Origin: Candidatus Bathyarchaeota archaeon
Lineage (GTDB): Archaea > Thermoproteota > Bathyarchaeia > Bathyarchaeales > Bathycorpusculaceae
Length of the DNA: 64,000 nt
Assembly: GCA_963815095.1 (NCBI GenBank)
Contig: CAWFFH010000003.1
Coordinates: 928,001 to 992,000, forward strand
Direction: 5' to 3'
How positions within the stretch are numbered: the stretch's first letter is position 1; the number at the start of each line of letters is the position of its first letter. Of the stretch, positions 39,570 to 49,966 are shown piece by piece. The notes beneath the pieces are model-generated. The model did no database searches, was not told the origin of the DNA, and saw only the letters and a list, made by a program, of their open reading frames with translations. The position numbers and the translations under genes are program-made.

Positions 39570-39791
39570 CTATACTTCGTTGTAGAGGTTGCAGCTTGGA
39601 CACTTTAAAACAACGTTCTTGAATTTTCCTTCAATGATGGTTTCGCCTAGTTTTGCGCCACAATTGCCACATAGATAGGTAGTATTACCGCCCTTGCTTT
39701 TTATTACTGGCAACGTTTTAGAGGCGTAAACGGTTTGGGTTCCCTTTTTGGGTTCGGGTATAGTTTTTAATTTTCTGTTCATTTTGTCCAC
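39570..39791 (-). CDS. Small zinc-finger protein
   Basis: CGNCG...KCPSC..YNE. Confidence 0.7.
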   Translation of the reverse strand: MDKMNRKLKTIPEPKKGTQTVYASKTLPVIKSKGGNTTYLCGNCGAKLGETIIEGKFKNVVLKCPSCNLYNEV

Positions 39792-39957
39792 TTACTTCGG
39801 TTTTTATTGGTTTGCCTTGGATTAATAGTTTATTGCTGGCGATTTTTCGCTCATCCCAATTCCATAGCTAAATCATAATCTTTTGTGGAGATAATCAAGA
39901 GATTATTAGCACGTTCCAAGAAACCTCAATTCGAATTAGGTTGTCGAGCTTTCGCAG

Positions 39958-41475
39958 TTAAAGTGAGTCTTTGAATTTCTTTACAAACGCCTCATAATTC
40001 AGTTCAGTCATCGAAAAAGGCTCTGCACCCTCGACGACTTTGTCAATTTTTACGTTTTTCTCAATCAGCTCTATTGCTTTTGTAGTAAATTCTTCGTACT
40101 TTATTTCCACTTCGGGAATCGCGCCACGACCCTCCAAATCAGAAACAGGCAGAATGCCCAGCAATTCAACACCCGCCCTTTCAAACGCTTGGTTTACAAC
40201 AATACGGGTTTCTTCAGACATATAATTGAGGTAAACTTTGTTCAAGATGACTCCCATCGTTTTTATTCCAAGTTTTTTCAGGAAACGCGCATAGTTCAAG
40301 GCACTTACAATTCCGCCTTCTATACCCTCTTTATCGCAGCCAACCACAATCACCGTTGGTGAACCTAATGCTGCGGCTACTTCTGCGGTCGAATTAGGTC
40401 TTCTAGGCTCGTCCCAAAGCAAACCTGTAAACGCGTTCATGGCGCCTTCCACGAGCACGAAGTCGTAGTCTTTTTCTGCCCCCTTAACTACTTGGGGAAT
40501 GGATTGCCAACCTGTATCTGCAATCTCTACGGATGAATAACTTTGCATAGGTTCCTTTATGACGTAGAGTGCAGGAACGATGTCTCGAATATCCCCGCCA
40601 ATCTTTATGACGCCAACATTCCAGCCCAGCTTTTTTAATGCGCCCGCAAGGCCCGTGACTATTACTGTTTTTCCTCCTCCACTCTCCAGAGCCGTTATCA
40701 GCAAGGTGCGAGGAAGCTTTTCTTTTTGTATATTCTTGCTTTGAAGACTTATGCCTGTTGATATTCCTAGTTCGAGCTTCATTTTTTGTTTTAGCTTTGC
40801 ATTTGCTTCCCTAATTTCTTCAAGTTCAGCTAGACTGATGTCTAATGATTTGGTAATGCCGCGGATAATTATGGGGTTCTTGTCGAGTAAACCATGAGTC
40901 ATCACACCGACAACGTTACCTGAGGAGTTGCAAACGCCTGAAACGATTTCTGTTTGGTTTCTGAAATAGTTCAACCGTTTGACTTGGGAAACAATTATGG
41001 GGTTTGCTTTTTCATGTAAAATGATGTCCCCGTAGGTGTGGCAATGAAAACCTGCAACCTCAGCTCCAACTTCGTTTGTCAACAAACTGGGTCCGACAAC
41101 TTTGGCTTTAACTTGATCGGTGCAGATCATCGGTTTGAACTCAACATCAAGTAGTCCCATTCCCTTTCGGAAAATTGGTTTGGGCGATAGGCGACCGATG
41201 TCGGTTCCACGCGATAATATTTGGAAACCCGAACAGATACCTAAAACAAACTTTCCTGCGTCAGCCATTTTCAAAATCTGTTTTTTGACGCCGCCTTCGA
41301 CGGATTGTGATTCAACCAGGCTGCCCCCAGGAATAATCATCATTTCTAAGACTTCAGAGGCTGGTTTGTCTCCAACTAGACCGTTCTTGCCTATTAGGTC
41401 GGTTGGTAAGTCTCCAAATGTTTCGAAGCAGGGTAATGCTCCTGGTAAGTAGACTAAGCCGATTCTGTGCTTCAA
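39958..41475 (-). CDS. CobB/CobQ-related amidotransferase with GATase domain first and P-loop domain second
   Basis: IIPGGS, LGICSGFQ, VMTHG in N half; ALESGGGKT, VEGAM, GVILNKV in C half. Confidence 0.75.
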   Translation of the reverse strand: MKHRIGLVYLPGALPCFETFGDLPTDLIGKNGLVGDKPASEVLEMMIIPGGSLVESQSVEGGVKKQILKMADAGKFVLGICSGFQILSRGTDIGRLSPKPIFRKGMGLLDVEFKPMICTDQVKAKVVGPSLLTNEVGAEVAGFHCHTYGDIILHEKANPIIVSQVKRLNYFRNQTEIVSGVCNSSGNVVGVMTHGLLDKNPIIIRGITKSLDISLAELEEIREANAKLKQKMKLELGISTGISLQSKNIQKEKLPRTLLITALESGGGKTVIVTGLAGALKKLGWNVGVIKIGGDIRDIVPALYVIKEPMQSYSSVEIADTGWQSIPQVVKGAEKDYDFVLVEGAMNAFTGLLWDEPRRPNSTAEVAAALGSPTVIVVGCDKEGIEGGIVSALNYARFLKKLGIKTMGVILNKVYLNYMSEETRIVVNQAFERAGVELLGILPVSDLEGRGAIPEVEIKYEEFTTKAIELIEKNVKIDKVVEGAEPFSMTELNYEAFVKKFKDSL

Positions 41476-41647
41476 TTTTGTTACCTGAACTATTCTATTA
41501 ACTATTGCAAGGTTATTATTTAACATGGGTTGGCTGCAGGGTTCAATGTCAATCTTAGTTTGAGAGGCATTTTTGCAGATAACACTTCAGTTGAGTGAAA
41601 ATTAAAGAAAATTGAAGGTTATTTGGATGGTTTTTACCATTCACAAA

Positions 41648-41678
41648 GGGTTAGAATCCACCTCTAAACCAATATAAC
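41648..41678 (+). repeat. Degenerate copy of tRNA-Leu 3' end plus flank
   Basis: GGGTTAGAATCCACCTCTAAACCAATATAAC vs GGGTTCGAATCCCACCCCCTGCACCAATCTAAC. Confidence 0.6.
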
Positions 41679-41784
41679 CCACATAGCAGTTGAATTGGGA
41701 CTTTGATCCTTACTTTTCGTTGGTGCCAGATAAATTTAAAGCTGTTTCAAACAATATCACTTAATAATAGTAGGAGATAAAATC

Positions 41785-42168
41785 TTGAATCCTGTTGGTC
41801 TGTGGATTTTGCACTTTGATTGGGGGCCCAGCGGGAATTATCATTGGACCCACTTATATTTTAATTTTGATGGCACTTTTGCGTACTTAGCAGGAGCAAA
41901 TGAAGGGACATGGACACAAGTAGATGATAACATAATTTGGAGATTCAAACGTCTATCAGGATCAGAAAACAACACAGTTTATTCAGGCAACTGCACTAGG
42001 AATTTTATGTCTGGTTTAATGTTGTCATTTCAAGGAGAAAAGGGACACTGGTTCGCAATTAAAAAAGGAACAAAGGTCTATTCCACAAGGGATGCCGAAA
42101 CCTTACCTTATTTGGTGAATAAACAGACAAAACTAAAATTTGACCTTATTGGAAAGAGAATAGCGTAG
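41785..42168 (+). CDS. Hypothetical beta-rich protein
   Basis: 127-aa ORF with GGAG RBS; F..DGTF...GTW pattern. Confidence 0.65.
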   Translation: MNPVGLWILHFDWGPSGNYHWTHLYFNFDGTFAYLAGANEGTWTQVDDNIIWRFKRLSGSENNTVYSGNCTRNFMSGLMLSFQGEKGHWFAIKKGTKVYSTRDAETLPYLVNKQTKLKFDLIGKRIA

Positions 42169-42224
42169 AAGCGTATTGCTAGAAAAAAGGGGGATATTCG
42201 AGTGACATCTCCATGGTAGATATA

Positions 42225-42250
42225 GTTCAAATTCCACCCTATGCATCCAA
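42225..42250 (+). repeat. Degenerate copy of tRNA-Leu 3' end
   Basis: GTTCAAATTCCACCCTATGCATCCAA vs GTTCGAATCCCACCCCCTGCA-CCAA. Confidence 0.65.
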
Positions 42251-42614
42251 ACAAATTAGTGATAAGAAGTGTGTTTTTATTTTAAAATATATTTTTTTTC
42301 TGAAAATTTTAGAGTCGTCAAAACAGTGAGAAAGTTTTTATTTCTGACTTCTAGCTTTTTGGAAAAATAATCGGCGCAATTAGTAATCCAAAAATTTTCA
42401 TGTGTAACCTTTTTTTAAGGTTGTCGAGCTGTTGTTCGTAAAAGGTGGGCAAGGTTAAATTTAGGCTGTAATTTTTTTCTATATTCTTGACTGACAAATT
42501 AAACTGAATGCGGATTTTTGAAGGTTTAGTTGTCGTCAGTGTCACTTTTGACAACATTATAAATTGCGAATAAACAACTAATCTGCTATACACATAAAAA
42601 ATGTATTATAAAAA

Positions 42615-45341
42615 ATGGAGAATAAAAATACTATGTTGAAAAATAAAACAATGGCTTCCATTATTGCGATAATTCTTGTAACATCTATGGCTATCTCTAT
42701 TGGATCTATAGAAACAACAAACGCCTACACTTATAATGATGCAACTCAAACTGCAATTGATCAAGGTATGCACTGGGTAGGTATGAGTTCTAGTGCATCC
42801 GCTAACAGACTGCTTCTCTGGAGTAGATTCCATGATAATATTCCCACATGGACATTCGGTGTTGCTTCGCCAAATCCAGTCGGTGTTGGTCAAACATTCA
42901 ACCTCATTATGATGAACCCGCAAGTACCACCAAATGCATTATTGGGAAACAACATCAGATACCAATTTCACACTGTCATAACAAGACCTGACGGAACAAC
43001 CGAAACGCTCCCTGCTTCTGGTCAAACCGCTGGAAATGTTGGAGGCGGCGAAGGAGGCATCTCAGGCAATGTTTTCGTTTCTGACTCAACAGGATCAACC
43101 TACACAGCAATTACCCCCGACCAAGTTGGCAACTACTCAATTACAGTCTTCTTCCATCAACTATACTACGGCTGGAATTCAACAACTGGCGGAAGCAATG
43201 ATTATTATGGCACAACTTTCCTAGCAAGCAACTATACTTTTACAGTCCAGGTACAACAAGACCCAGTTAGTATTAACGGTCTTCCACTCATACAATCGGA
43301 ACCAACTGAATACTGGACCCGCCCTATCGAAGGACAAAATGATCAATGGTACACTGTATCTTCCAACTGGCTAAATAACGCACACGATGCAGACAATGGA
43401 GGAACTGAGAACAGATATCAACCTGACGGGATTGCACCAAACAGCCCACACATCCTCTGGACAAGACCAACAGAAGACAACGGCATCTTAGGAGGGACTA
43501 ACGATGGACGAACTGGCTCTGGCAACGCTTTCAACGCAGGCTCTCAATATCAACCAAGATTCAACAACCCAATAATAATGTACGGAAGACTCTACTACAC
43601 TCCAAACACAGTCTACAGCGGCACAAGCCAGTTGCTCGATTGTGTTGACCTAAAGACCGGCGAATTAATCTACGAAATAGACACTACAGAATTAACAGGG
43701 CGCTCAAACGTACCAACTTTCGGATACTATTACAGTGATGATAACCCTAACGAACACGGAATTGCAAATCCAGGCTGGCTATTCACAAACAACTATGCAA
43801 TCGGCTACCAACCAGAACGAGGCTTCCCATATCTCAACGTTACTGGCGTTCCCAATGGCTTTGAGGTACAAGGTTACGCAGGTGAAAACCTACGTTATGT
43901 CTTAAGCGGAAGCACCACAACTGGTTACGCTCTTGGTCAATGGAACTCGTCACAAGCTATTTCTTCGAGAAACCCCTCATCAAATCAAATAAACGCAAGC
44001 ACCATATCTAGCTATGACTGGAACGTATCTATCGGCAAATTATTCTCAACAGCGCCAACCATTAGAGCCGTCAAAGACAATACCTATGTTTGGGGTACTA
44101 ACGGTTCTTGGCCTACTGGTACAAGCGCTCCCTCATATGCTTATGTAGATGAGGTTACCGTTTGGGCAATCAGCATCAAACCAGGAAGCGAAGGGCAACT
44201 ACTCTACATGAAGAACATAGACATCGATGATGAAGCAACCAACCAGAACATTCTCTTTGAACGAGCAACCGGAGCTGAAGAACGATTTGTAGGTCTTGAA
44301 GTTCCAAGCTGCACTTTCTACATCTGGGATATGAGCAATGGAAATCTAGTTGCAACAACTGATGCACAATCTGACTGGCAAGCTTATGGATACTTTACTT
44401 GGCCAAGCCTGATTTCACAAACACAAACGAAGATGGCATATGGTATTCTTTATACTGGTGGATATACTGGAGCAGTTTCTGCTTACAGCTTAGCTGATGG
44501 CAGTTTACTCTGGAGAGATATCTATCCATCTGGTGGAGAGAAGATTCCTAACTTCGTTCAAATGATCGGTATGATTGCTGACGGGAAAATTTACGTTGGA
44601 ACTCATGAACACTCAGCAGATACTCCACTCTACAAAGGCGAACGCCTCCACTGTCTTAACGCTACAACTGGCGAGACCATCTGGGATCTTTCAGGATGGG
44701 CCTATCCAATGACTTTCGCTACAGCTGACGGCGTCTTAATCTATTGGAACAACTATGATGCACAAGTCTATGCAATAGGTAAAGGACCTACCGATCTTCA
44801 AGTGGATGCACCAAAGACAGCAATAGATCTAGGCAGATCACTAGTAATTAGCGGAACAGTTATGGACATTTCTGCCGGCACAAAACAAAACGAACAAGCT
44901 ATGAGATTCCCTAACGGAGTTCCAGCAGTCTCTGAAGACTCTCAGACACAATGGATGGCTTACGTCTACATGCAAAAAGGCAGACCAACAAACACCACTG
45001 GTGTACCAATTACCTTGAGCGTTGTTGATGCAAACGGCAACTACAGAGACATAGGAACCACTACAAGCGATGCAATGGGCGCATTTAGCTATAAATGGAC
45101 ACCAGACATAGAAGGCAAATATACAGTCTTCGCATCATTCGCTGGATCCGAATCCTACTGGTCATCTTACGCCGAAACAAGTCTCGCGGTCGACCCAGCA
45201 GCACCAACTCTAGCACCAACTGAAACTCCAGCGCAACCAATGTCAGATACATACTTTGTTCCAGCAGTTGCAGGAATCATTGTAGCCATAATAGTAGTCG
45301 GTCTCATACTGGCATTATTGATGCTTAGAAAACGACCTTAA
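42615..45341 (+). CDS. Large secreted PQQ-like beta-propeller protein with C-terminal membrane anchor
   Basis: Signal peptide, Trp-docking repeats (DLKTGE, DGSLLW, NATTGETIW), P/T-rich stalk, TM plus LRKRP tail. Confidence 0.85.
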   Translation: MENKNTMLKNKTMASIIAIILVTSMAISIGSIETTNAYTYNDATQTAIDQGMHWVGMSSSASANRLLLWSRFHDNIPTWTFGVASPNPVGVGQTFNLIMMNPQVPPNALLGNNIRYQFHTVITRPDGTTETLPASGQTAGNVGGGEGGISGNVFVSDSTGSTYTAITPDQVGNYSITVFFHQLYYGWNSTTGGSNDYYGTTFLASNYTFTVQVQQDPVSINGLPLIQSEPTEYWTRPIEGQNDQWYTVSSNWLNNAHDADNGGTENRYQPDGIAPNSPHILWTRPTEDNGILGGTNDGRTGSGNAFNAGSQYQPRFNNPIIMYGRLYYTPNTVYSGTSQLLDCVDLKTGELIYEIDTTELTGRSNVPTFGYYYSDDNPNEHGIANPGWLFTNNYAIGYQPERGFPYLNVTGVPNGFEVQGYAGENLRYVLSGSTTTGYALGQWNSSQAISSRNPSSNQINASTISSYDWNVSIGKLFSTAPTIRAVKDNTYVWGTNGSWPTGTSAPSYAYVDEVTVWAISIKPGSEGQLLYMKNIDIDDEATNQNILFERATGAEERFVGLEVPSCTFYIWDMSNGNLVATTDAQSDWQAYGYFTWPSLISQTQTKMAYGILYTGGYTGAVSAYSLADGSLLWRDIYPSGGEKIPNFVQMIGMIADGKIYVGTHEHSADTPLYKGERLHCLNATTGETIWDLSGWAYPMTFATADGVLIYWNNYDAQVYAIGKGPTDLQVDAPKTAIDLGRSLVISGTVMDISAGTKQNEQAMRFPNGVPAVSEDSQTQWMAYVYMQKGRPTNTTGVPITLSVVDANGNYRDIGTTTSDAMGAFSYKWTPDIEGKYTVFASFAGSESYWSSYAETSLAVDPAAPTLAPTETPAQPMSDTYFVPAVAGIIVAIIVVGLILALLMLRKRP

Positions 45342-45593
45342 AAATGCGAAACCAAAATTATCTTTCCCCTTTTTTAGTCTTAAAGAAACAAATGAAAAGA
45401 AAAATAGCATGTTGGAGTATGATGGGGCTGAGTAGGCTCTGGTTGAGATTTACGAAATAGCCATAGAGAGTTTGCATTCTCTCTTTTCTCCTTAATATGG
45501 TGCCGGAGCCTCAGCAAACCCTTCATAACCAACATATTTAGTGTGAGACTTCAACTCAAAACTGATTATGCCTAATATCTTTACCTATTTTCG

Positions 45594-46379
45594 CTATTTT
45601 TTAGACACTTTGGCTTGTTTCCACAAGCCGTCAAAATAAAGTTGAGCTAAGGTTACAACATTACTGTTGTTTGTCCACATGTTCGGAACCAAACGCTCAG
45701 ACGTTCGCAGATTAACTTCTTTACCATCAATAATTGTTAACCCAACGGGGACACTTTTTGAAAGCAATTTTAGTTTGAACCCGGGAATATTGATTATCGT
45801 TTGGGTATTTTGGTTTGGTAAGTTGCTCTTCCATTCGTCGGTTATTGCTCGAATTCTCGCGCCTCTATCTACAGATTTTTTGAATGCTTCGATTGCATGA
45901 AATGTAATCAGTGAAAGCTTCTCTTTTGAATAAATTATATCAATACTTGTTTGTGCTAACGCAATTTCATTATTCAATTTCTTTAAGAACAACTTTCTCT
46001 CTGAAGTAATAATAAATTGCGATCTGTCTTCATGCCAGATCTTTTCAGAATCGAATTCGAAACTCTCTTCCATCAACTTTGCTTTATATTGTGCTTGCTG
46101 ATATTCCTCGGTTTTCTTTTCCATAAGCTTAGAAAGGGCATGCTTTAATAAAATTGACCTATACCTGACTGGATTAGCAATGACCTTAACTACCAAGCCC
46201 TGTTTTTCGAGGGTGGGTAATATTCTGTATATATCTTGACGGGCAACATTAGATATTTGTGAAATCTTTCTTACGTCTGCCTCGACAGGTCCAATTTTTA
46301 ATAAAGCAAAATATACTTTCGCCTGCAAATAAGTGAGCCCTAAACTAACGAAACTATGAAAGGGTTCTTCTTGGGTCAT
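45594..46379 (-). CDS. TrmB-family transcriptional regulator
   Basis: LGLT..QAKVY..L, V.RQDIY..L..LE..GLV, P.RY; C-terminal IIDGKEV..F..LW. Confidence 0.85.
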   Translation of the reverse strand: MTQEEPFHSFVSLGLTYLQAKVYFALLKIGPVEADVRKISQISNVARQDIYRILPTLEKQGLVVKVIANPVRYRSILLKHALSKLMEKKTEEYQQAQYKAKLMEESFEFDSEKIWHEDRSQFIITSERKLFLKKLNNEIALAQTSIDIIYSKEKLSLITFHAIEAFKKSVDRGARIRAITDEWKSNLPNQNTQTIINIPGFKLKLLSKSVPVGLTIIDGKEVNLRTSERLVPNMWTNNSNVVTLAQLYFDGLWKQAKVSKK

Positions 46380-46523
46380 CTCGACATAAAACCATGGCTA
46401 GTTTATTTCTAATACTTTAATAATTTTTCCTAAAACAAACTTTCAATTTTTTACGACTTTTGAACTGCCAAACTTGAAGCGTTATAAACAGATAATATAT
46501 TATAAATAAGCAGGCGTTTGCTG

Positions 46524-47108
46524 CTATGCAGTTCTTCTTGCTCCGCAGTTAGGGCAGGCAAGTGTGGCTTCTGGCATCGCTTTTTGGCAGTATTCGCATG
46601 CTACGAGCCGCAGTTTCGGCGGTTCATTTATCGGCTTTTGACTTTGTGGAATGACTTGAAATTCCATCTCTTTTGTAGTTATGTCTGGTCTTCCATGAAC
46701 AGCGACGACGCCTTTTATTTGCCATTGGACTGTGTCGTCAGTGGACATAAAGGTTGGGCGTGAGCCAGCAGGAATATTAATGATGAATTTGAAAGTTCTG
46801 CTAATTCCATTAATTAGTTCGATAGCAGAGTTGCAGGCAGGTTTTGCTTGGAACAAGATTCTATTTTCAGTCACTTGCCGAGTGACCATGCGTTTAATCG
46901 CGGGGTCATATTCTGTTCTCATAACTTGGGCAGTCTCTGAGCATTTGATCTCACATCGGATTTCTTCTGCCTGAATATATTCATGAGGAGAAATTGTAAA
47001 TGCTCCTTCAATGTTCTCCCCTAAAACGGCATACTGATCGGATAGTTGAAGATTGGCGTCTGCTTTTGGAGCGACCAAATGGCTTTGTATCTTCTTTAAG
47101 AATCCCAT
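46524..47108 (-). CDS. Arrestin/SpoOM-like protein with C-terminal zinc ribbon
   Basis: GE.I.G, F.F.I.IP...PT, V.W.IK...V.GRPD; CEYC..CPNCG. Confidence 0.65.
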   Translation of the reverse strand: MGFLKKIQSHLVAPKADANLQLSDQYAVLGENIEGAFTISPHEYIQAEEIRCEIKCSETAQVMRTEYDPAIKRMVTRQVTENRILFQAKPACNSAIELINGISRTFKFIINIPAGSRPTFMSTDDTVQWQIKGVVAVHGRPDITTKEMEFQVIPQSQKPINEPPKLRLVACEYCQKAMPEATLACPNCGARRTA

Positions 47109-47233
47109 CGATATCAAAAATATGTGTGGACTATGAGCTAAAAAACTTTTCAGTTAGCAAATTGCCCTGTAATAGAAGGTCCGCTCATTTATTCAAAGAT
47201 ACCGAAGTTGTTGAATAGTTTTAATACTTTAAA

Positions 47234-47614
47234 TTGCCATTGTGCAAAGGGTTTGAATTGACTAACGAATTTACTCCGCATTACATACTTATCCGTTTAA
47301 TTGCATCAAACATAATTTTAGATATTATTGCATTAGCAATTTGGGGAGCATTGCCGTCCACTCAATGGAGCATTTATCGGTTAGGGTTCTTAATTGTCGG
47401 CACAGAAGCCGCCTTAGCTGCATCATTATTTGCATTAACGCTTTTTGGGTTAATCAAAAGACAAAAATGGGCTCCGTTCCTAGCAATAGCCATCACTTCA
47501 ACTCAACGCGTTTTAGCCACTTATGTGTTCTTTCCAAGCCCCGCAATTGCGGTCACACTAATCTGGAGCTTAATAATAATTTACTTCGGCTACAAAGAAT
47601 TGAAACAACGCTAA
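47234..47614 (+). CDS. Hypothetical membrane protein
   Basis: About 4 hydrophobic segments. Confidence 0.55.
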   Translation: MPLCKGFELTNEFTPHYILIRLIASNIILDIIALAIWGALPSTQWSIYRLGFLIVGTEAALAASLFALTLFGLIKRQKWAPFLAIAITSTQRVLATYVFFPSPAIAVTLIWSLIIIYFGYKELKQR

Positions 47615-47712
47615 CCAAACACAAGAAGTTCGTTAAAAGAAAAAATATTTATTTTCTGCAAAGAAAACTAAAGTCATCGCCAACGTTGAATTTCGGAGAA
47701 ACTGAATAGATT

Positions 47713-48612
47713 ATGAATTTTGATAAAACAGCATTTACAAAAACAACAATTCTAATTGTCTCAGTTTCGTTTTTGCTGTTTAACATCTATCAGGCAACCA
47801 CTACAACAATTTTTCTTTCACATTTCCAATTAGTAATCATTGATCTGCCTCACTTCATAAAAAGCTCTAATCCAAACCTACAACTAGCACTCTTCTTATT
47901 CCAAGAAATTGCAGGTTCAATTGGTAGTTATCTACGTTTGATAGGCGCAATATTTGCTTTAGATTGTGCGGTTCTTTTTTTCAAAAAAGACTTAAAGTAC
48001 CTTGAGAGATTTGGGAAAGTGCTTCTTTTTGAATCACTTTACTTTCTGTTGCTTCTTCCTGCTGCATTAAATCACCTTGTTGGCTCGATCATTTCATCCA
48101 GCGCGTTTCTGAATTTTTACACTGGCATCTCATGTCTAATTCAAGCAGCTCTAATTTTTCCTCCGCTATTTATGCTGAGTCGCAAGTTGAGAAAACCCCA
48201 AGATTATCTTCCTATCCTAAAGTGGGCAGGTATCAGCGCCGTATTGTATATTTTCGGGTTTTGGGTTAGACACGGATTACTCTGGGTTTATGCACTTTTG
48301 CCTCTAGGAAATCAGCCCACAGGCTTAGTTGATGTTATTGGGTCTGCTAATTCATTGCTAACTTTACTGGTGTCTGCAATAGTTACTTGGGCTGCTGTTT
48401 TAATTTCTATGAATAAGAAGAGAATTGACTTTATGTTGGCGGGGATTGCCATAATTTTGGTTGGCAGTTACTTTGTCATCTATGATTTAGTTTCAATCTG
48501 GTCACCGATTTACCGGGATTTCTTGCCCTTAACGGATTTTTGGATGATAACTCTCCCAATTCTCGGCATCGCCATCTATCTATTCACCAAAAATGACAAA
48601 AAAGAGATTTAG
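47713..48612 (+). CDS. Hypothetical multi-pass membrane protein
   Basis: 299-aa ORF, about 8 TM segments. Confidence 0.65.
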   Translation: MNFDKTAFTKTTILIVSVSFLLFNIYQATTTTIFLSHFQLVIIDLPHFIKSSNPNLQLALFLFQEIAGSIGSYLRLIGAIFALDCAVLFFKKDLKYLERFGKVLLFESLYFLLLLPAALNHLVGSIISSSAFLNFYTGISCLIQAALIFPPLFMLSRKLRKPQDYLPILKWAGISAVLYIFGFWVRHGLLWVYALLPLGNQPTGLVDVIGSANSLLTLLVSAIVTWAAVLISMNKKRIDFMLAGIAIILVGSYFVIYDLVSIWSPIYRDFLPLTDFWMITLPILGIAIYLFTKNDKKEI

Positions 48613-48782
48613 AAGGTTCGAAGTCACCATTTCAGAGAGTATCCTGGGATATGGAAGTTACTTCCAGTAATCTTCAGTTCTGAAAAGACTTGAAGAAGTT
48701 TCGTAAAGCTTTGAGAATACTGCTAAGTCGTAGGTACCCATATAATCTTCGGCATCATTTAAGTCAAGAAGAGTGATATAAA

Positions 48783-49070
48783 ATGACAGAAAAACCTAAT
48801 GACGTAATTTTCGTCGGAAACAAACCGCCAATGAGCTATGTGCTTGCCATAATAACCGCATTCTCAGGGTCTCAAAAAGAAATTACCCTGAAAGCTCGAG
48901 GACAAGCAATCACCACAGCAGTTGACTGCGCAGAAATCGCAAGAAACCGTTTCATAAAAGACCTCAAAGTTGCAAAGGTCACAATCGGCACTGCAGAAAT
49001 GCCACCACGCGAAGGCGAAAGCAGGTCCCGAATGGTTTCCACAATGGAAATAACTCTAGTAAAGCCCTAA
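48783..49070 (+). CDS. albA: DNA/RNA-binding protein Alba
   Basis: IFVGNKPPMSYVLA, LKARGQAITTAVD.AE, VSTMEI. Confidence 0.93.
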   Translation: MTEKPNDVIFVGNKPPMSYVLAIITAFSGSQKEITLKARGQAITTAVDCAEIARNRFIKDLKVAKVTIGTAEMPPREGESRSRMVSTMEITLVKP

Positions 49071-49414
49071 ACAAGGAGTTTTATTTCTCCACATTTTTTA
49101 TTAATCCGTAATATTTTTGTCTTAAAACTAATCACAAATCGGGCGTTATGAAAACAAATCGTTCGAATATTATTTTTACAGGTATTGATGGTGCGATAAA
49201 ACCTATTATGCCTTTTCCAAGATATCGCCAAGATTTGGATGAACTCACCAATGCCAGAATGCAGCAAACACCGAGAGCTTTGGAAAAAAATGGGTCTGCG
49301 AAAATAACTAGAGTTTAACAAAAATCAACAATTGCAAATTATTTCTAAAAGTTGAGCTAAAATTAAAAATAAAAAAGGATGTTTTTAATTGAGTAAGATG
49401 TTAAGCTTAAGAGC

Positions 49415-49558
49415 TTAGTATCTGCGTGGTGGTCTACGTTTTGCATAGCATTCTCGGCAGTATACTGGCCTGCTTCCGTCTGGTTTGAATGGAACATCGC
49501 ATTCTTTTCCACAGTCTGCGCAGGTTGCCTTGTGCATCTCTTTATCGCCATATGACAT
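49415..49558 (-). CDS. CxxC-x17-CxxC domain protein (47 aa; not in ORF track)
   Basis: MSYGDKEMHKATCADCGKECDVPFKPDGSRPVYCRECYAKRRPPRRY. Confidence 0.9.
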   Translation of the reverse strand: MSYGDKEMHKATCADCGKECDVPFKPDGSRPVYCRECYAKRRPPRRY

Positions 49559-49817
49559 TTCTATTTTTCACTTCCTTTTACTACTCTGCAGATTCCTCTG
49601 CATGCTTGTGTAACACGTGCTTACACTAAAGCTTATCCGTTAAAAACAACCATTCGAGGTGATATTTTCACTCATAATCACCTTTCCGTCCGCAACTCAT
49701 GAAAACCTGTGCGGGGATAAACTCAGAGATTACCCACATTTTATTATTAGTTCTCGCTAATTATTCAGAAGCTTGAAAAAAGAAAATTTTGTGAGTACAC
49801 ACTTCCAGAGCTTAAGA

Positions 49818-49840
49818 GTTCGAATCCCACCTTGCGCCAA
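49818..49840 (+). repeat. Degenerate copy of tRNA-Leu 3' end
   Basis: GTTCGAATCCCACC (14 nt identical), then TTGCGCCAA vs CCCTGCACCAA. Confidence 0.8.
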
Positions 49841-49966
49841 AATTGGTCTCGATAGAAACTGGAATGCCTTAAAAATCCTTGAAATAATATTCTTTACTTA
49901 TCTATTTCTTGTTAGGCAAATGACAATGTTTTCTGAGTATTGAACGATTTCAAGAATTCAAAAAGA

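Noticed and set aside
45498-45510. TGGTGCCGGAGCC resembling a reversed tRNA 3' end
   Set aside because: Only about 6 nt match, opposite orientation, no T-loop.
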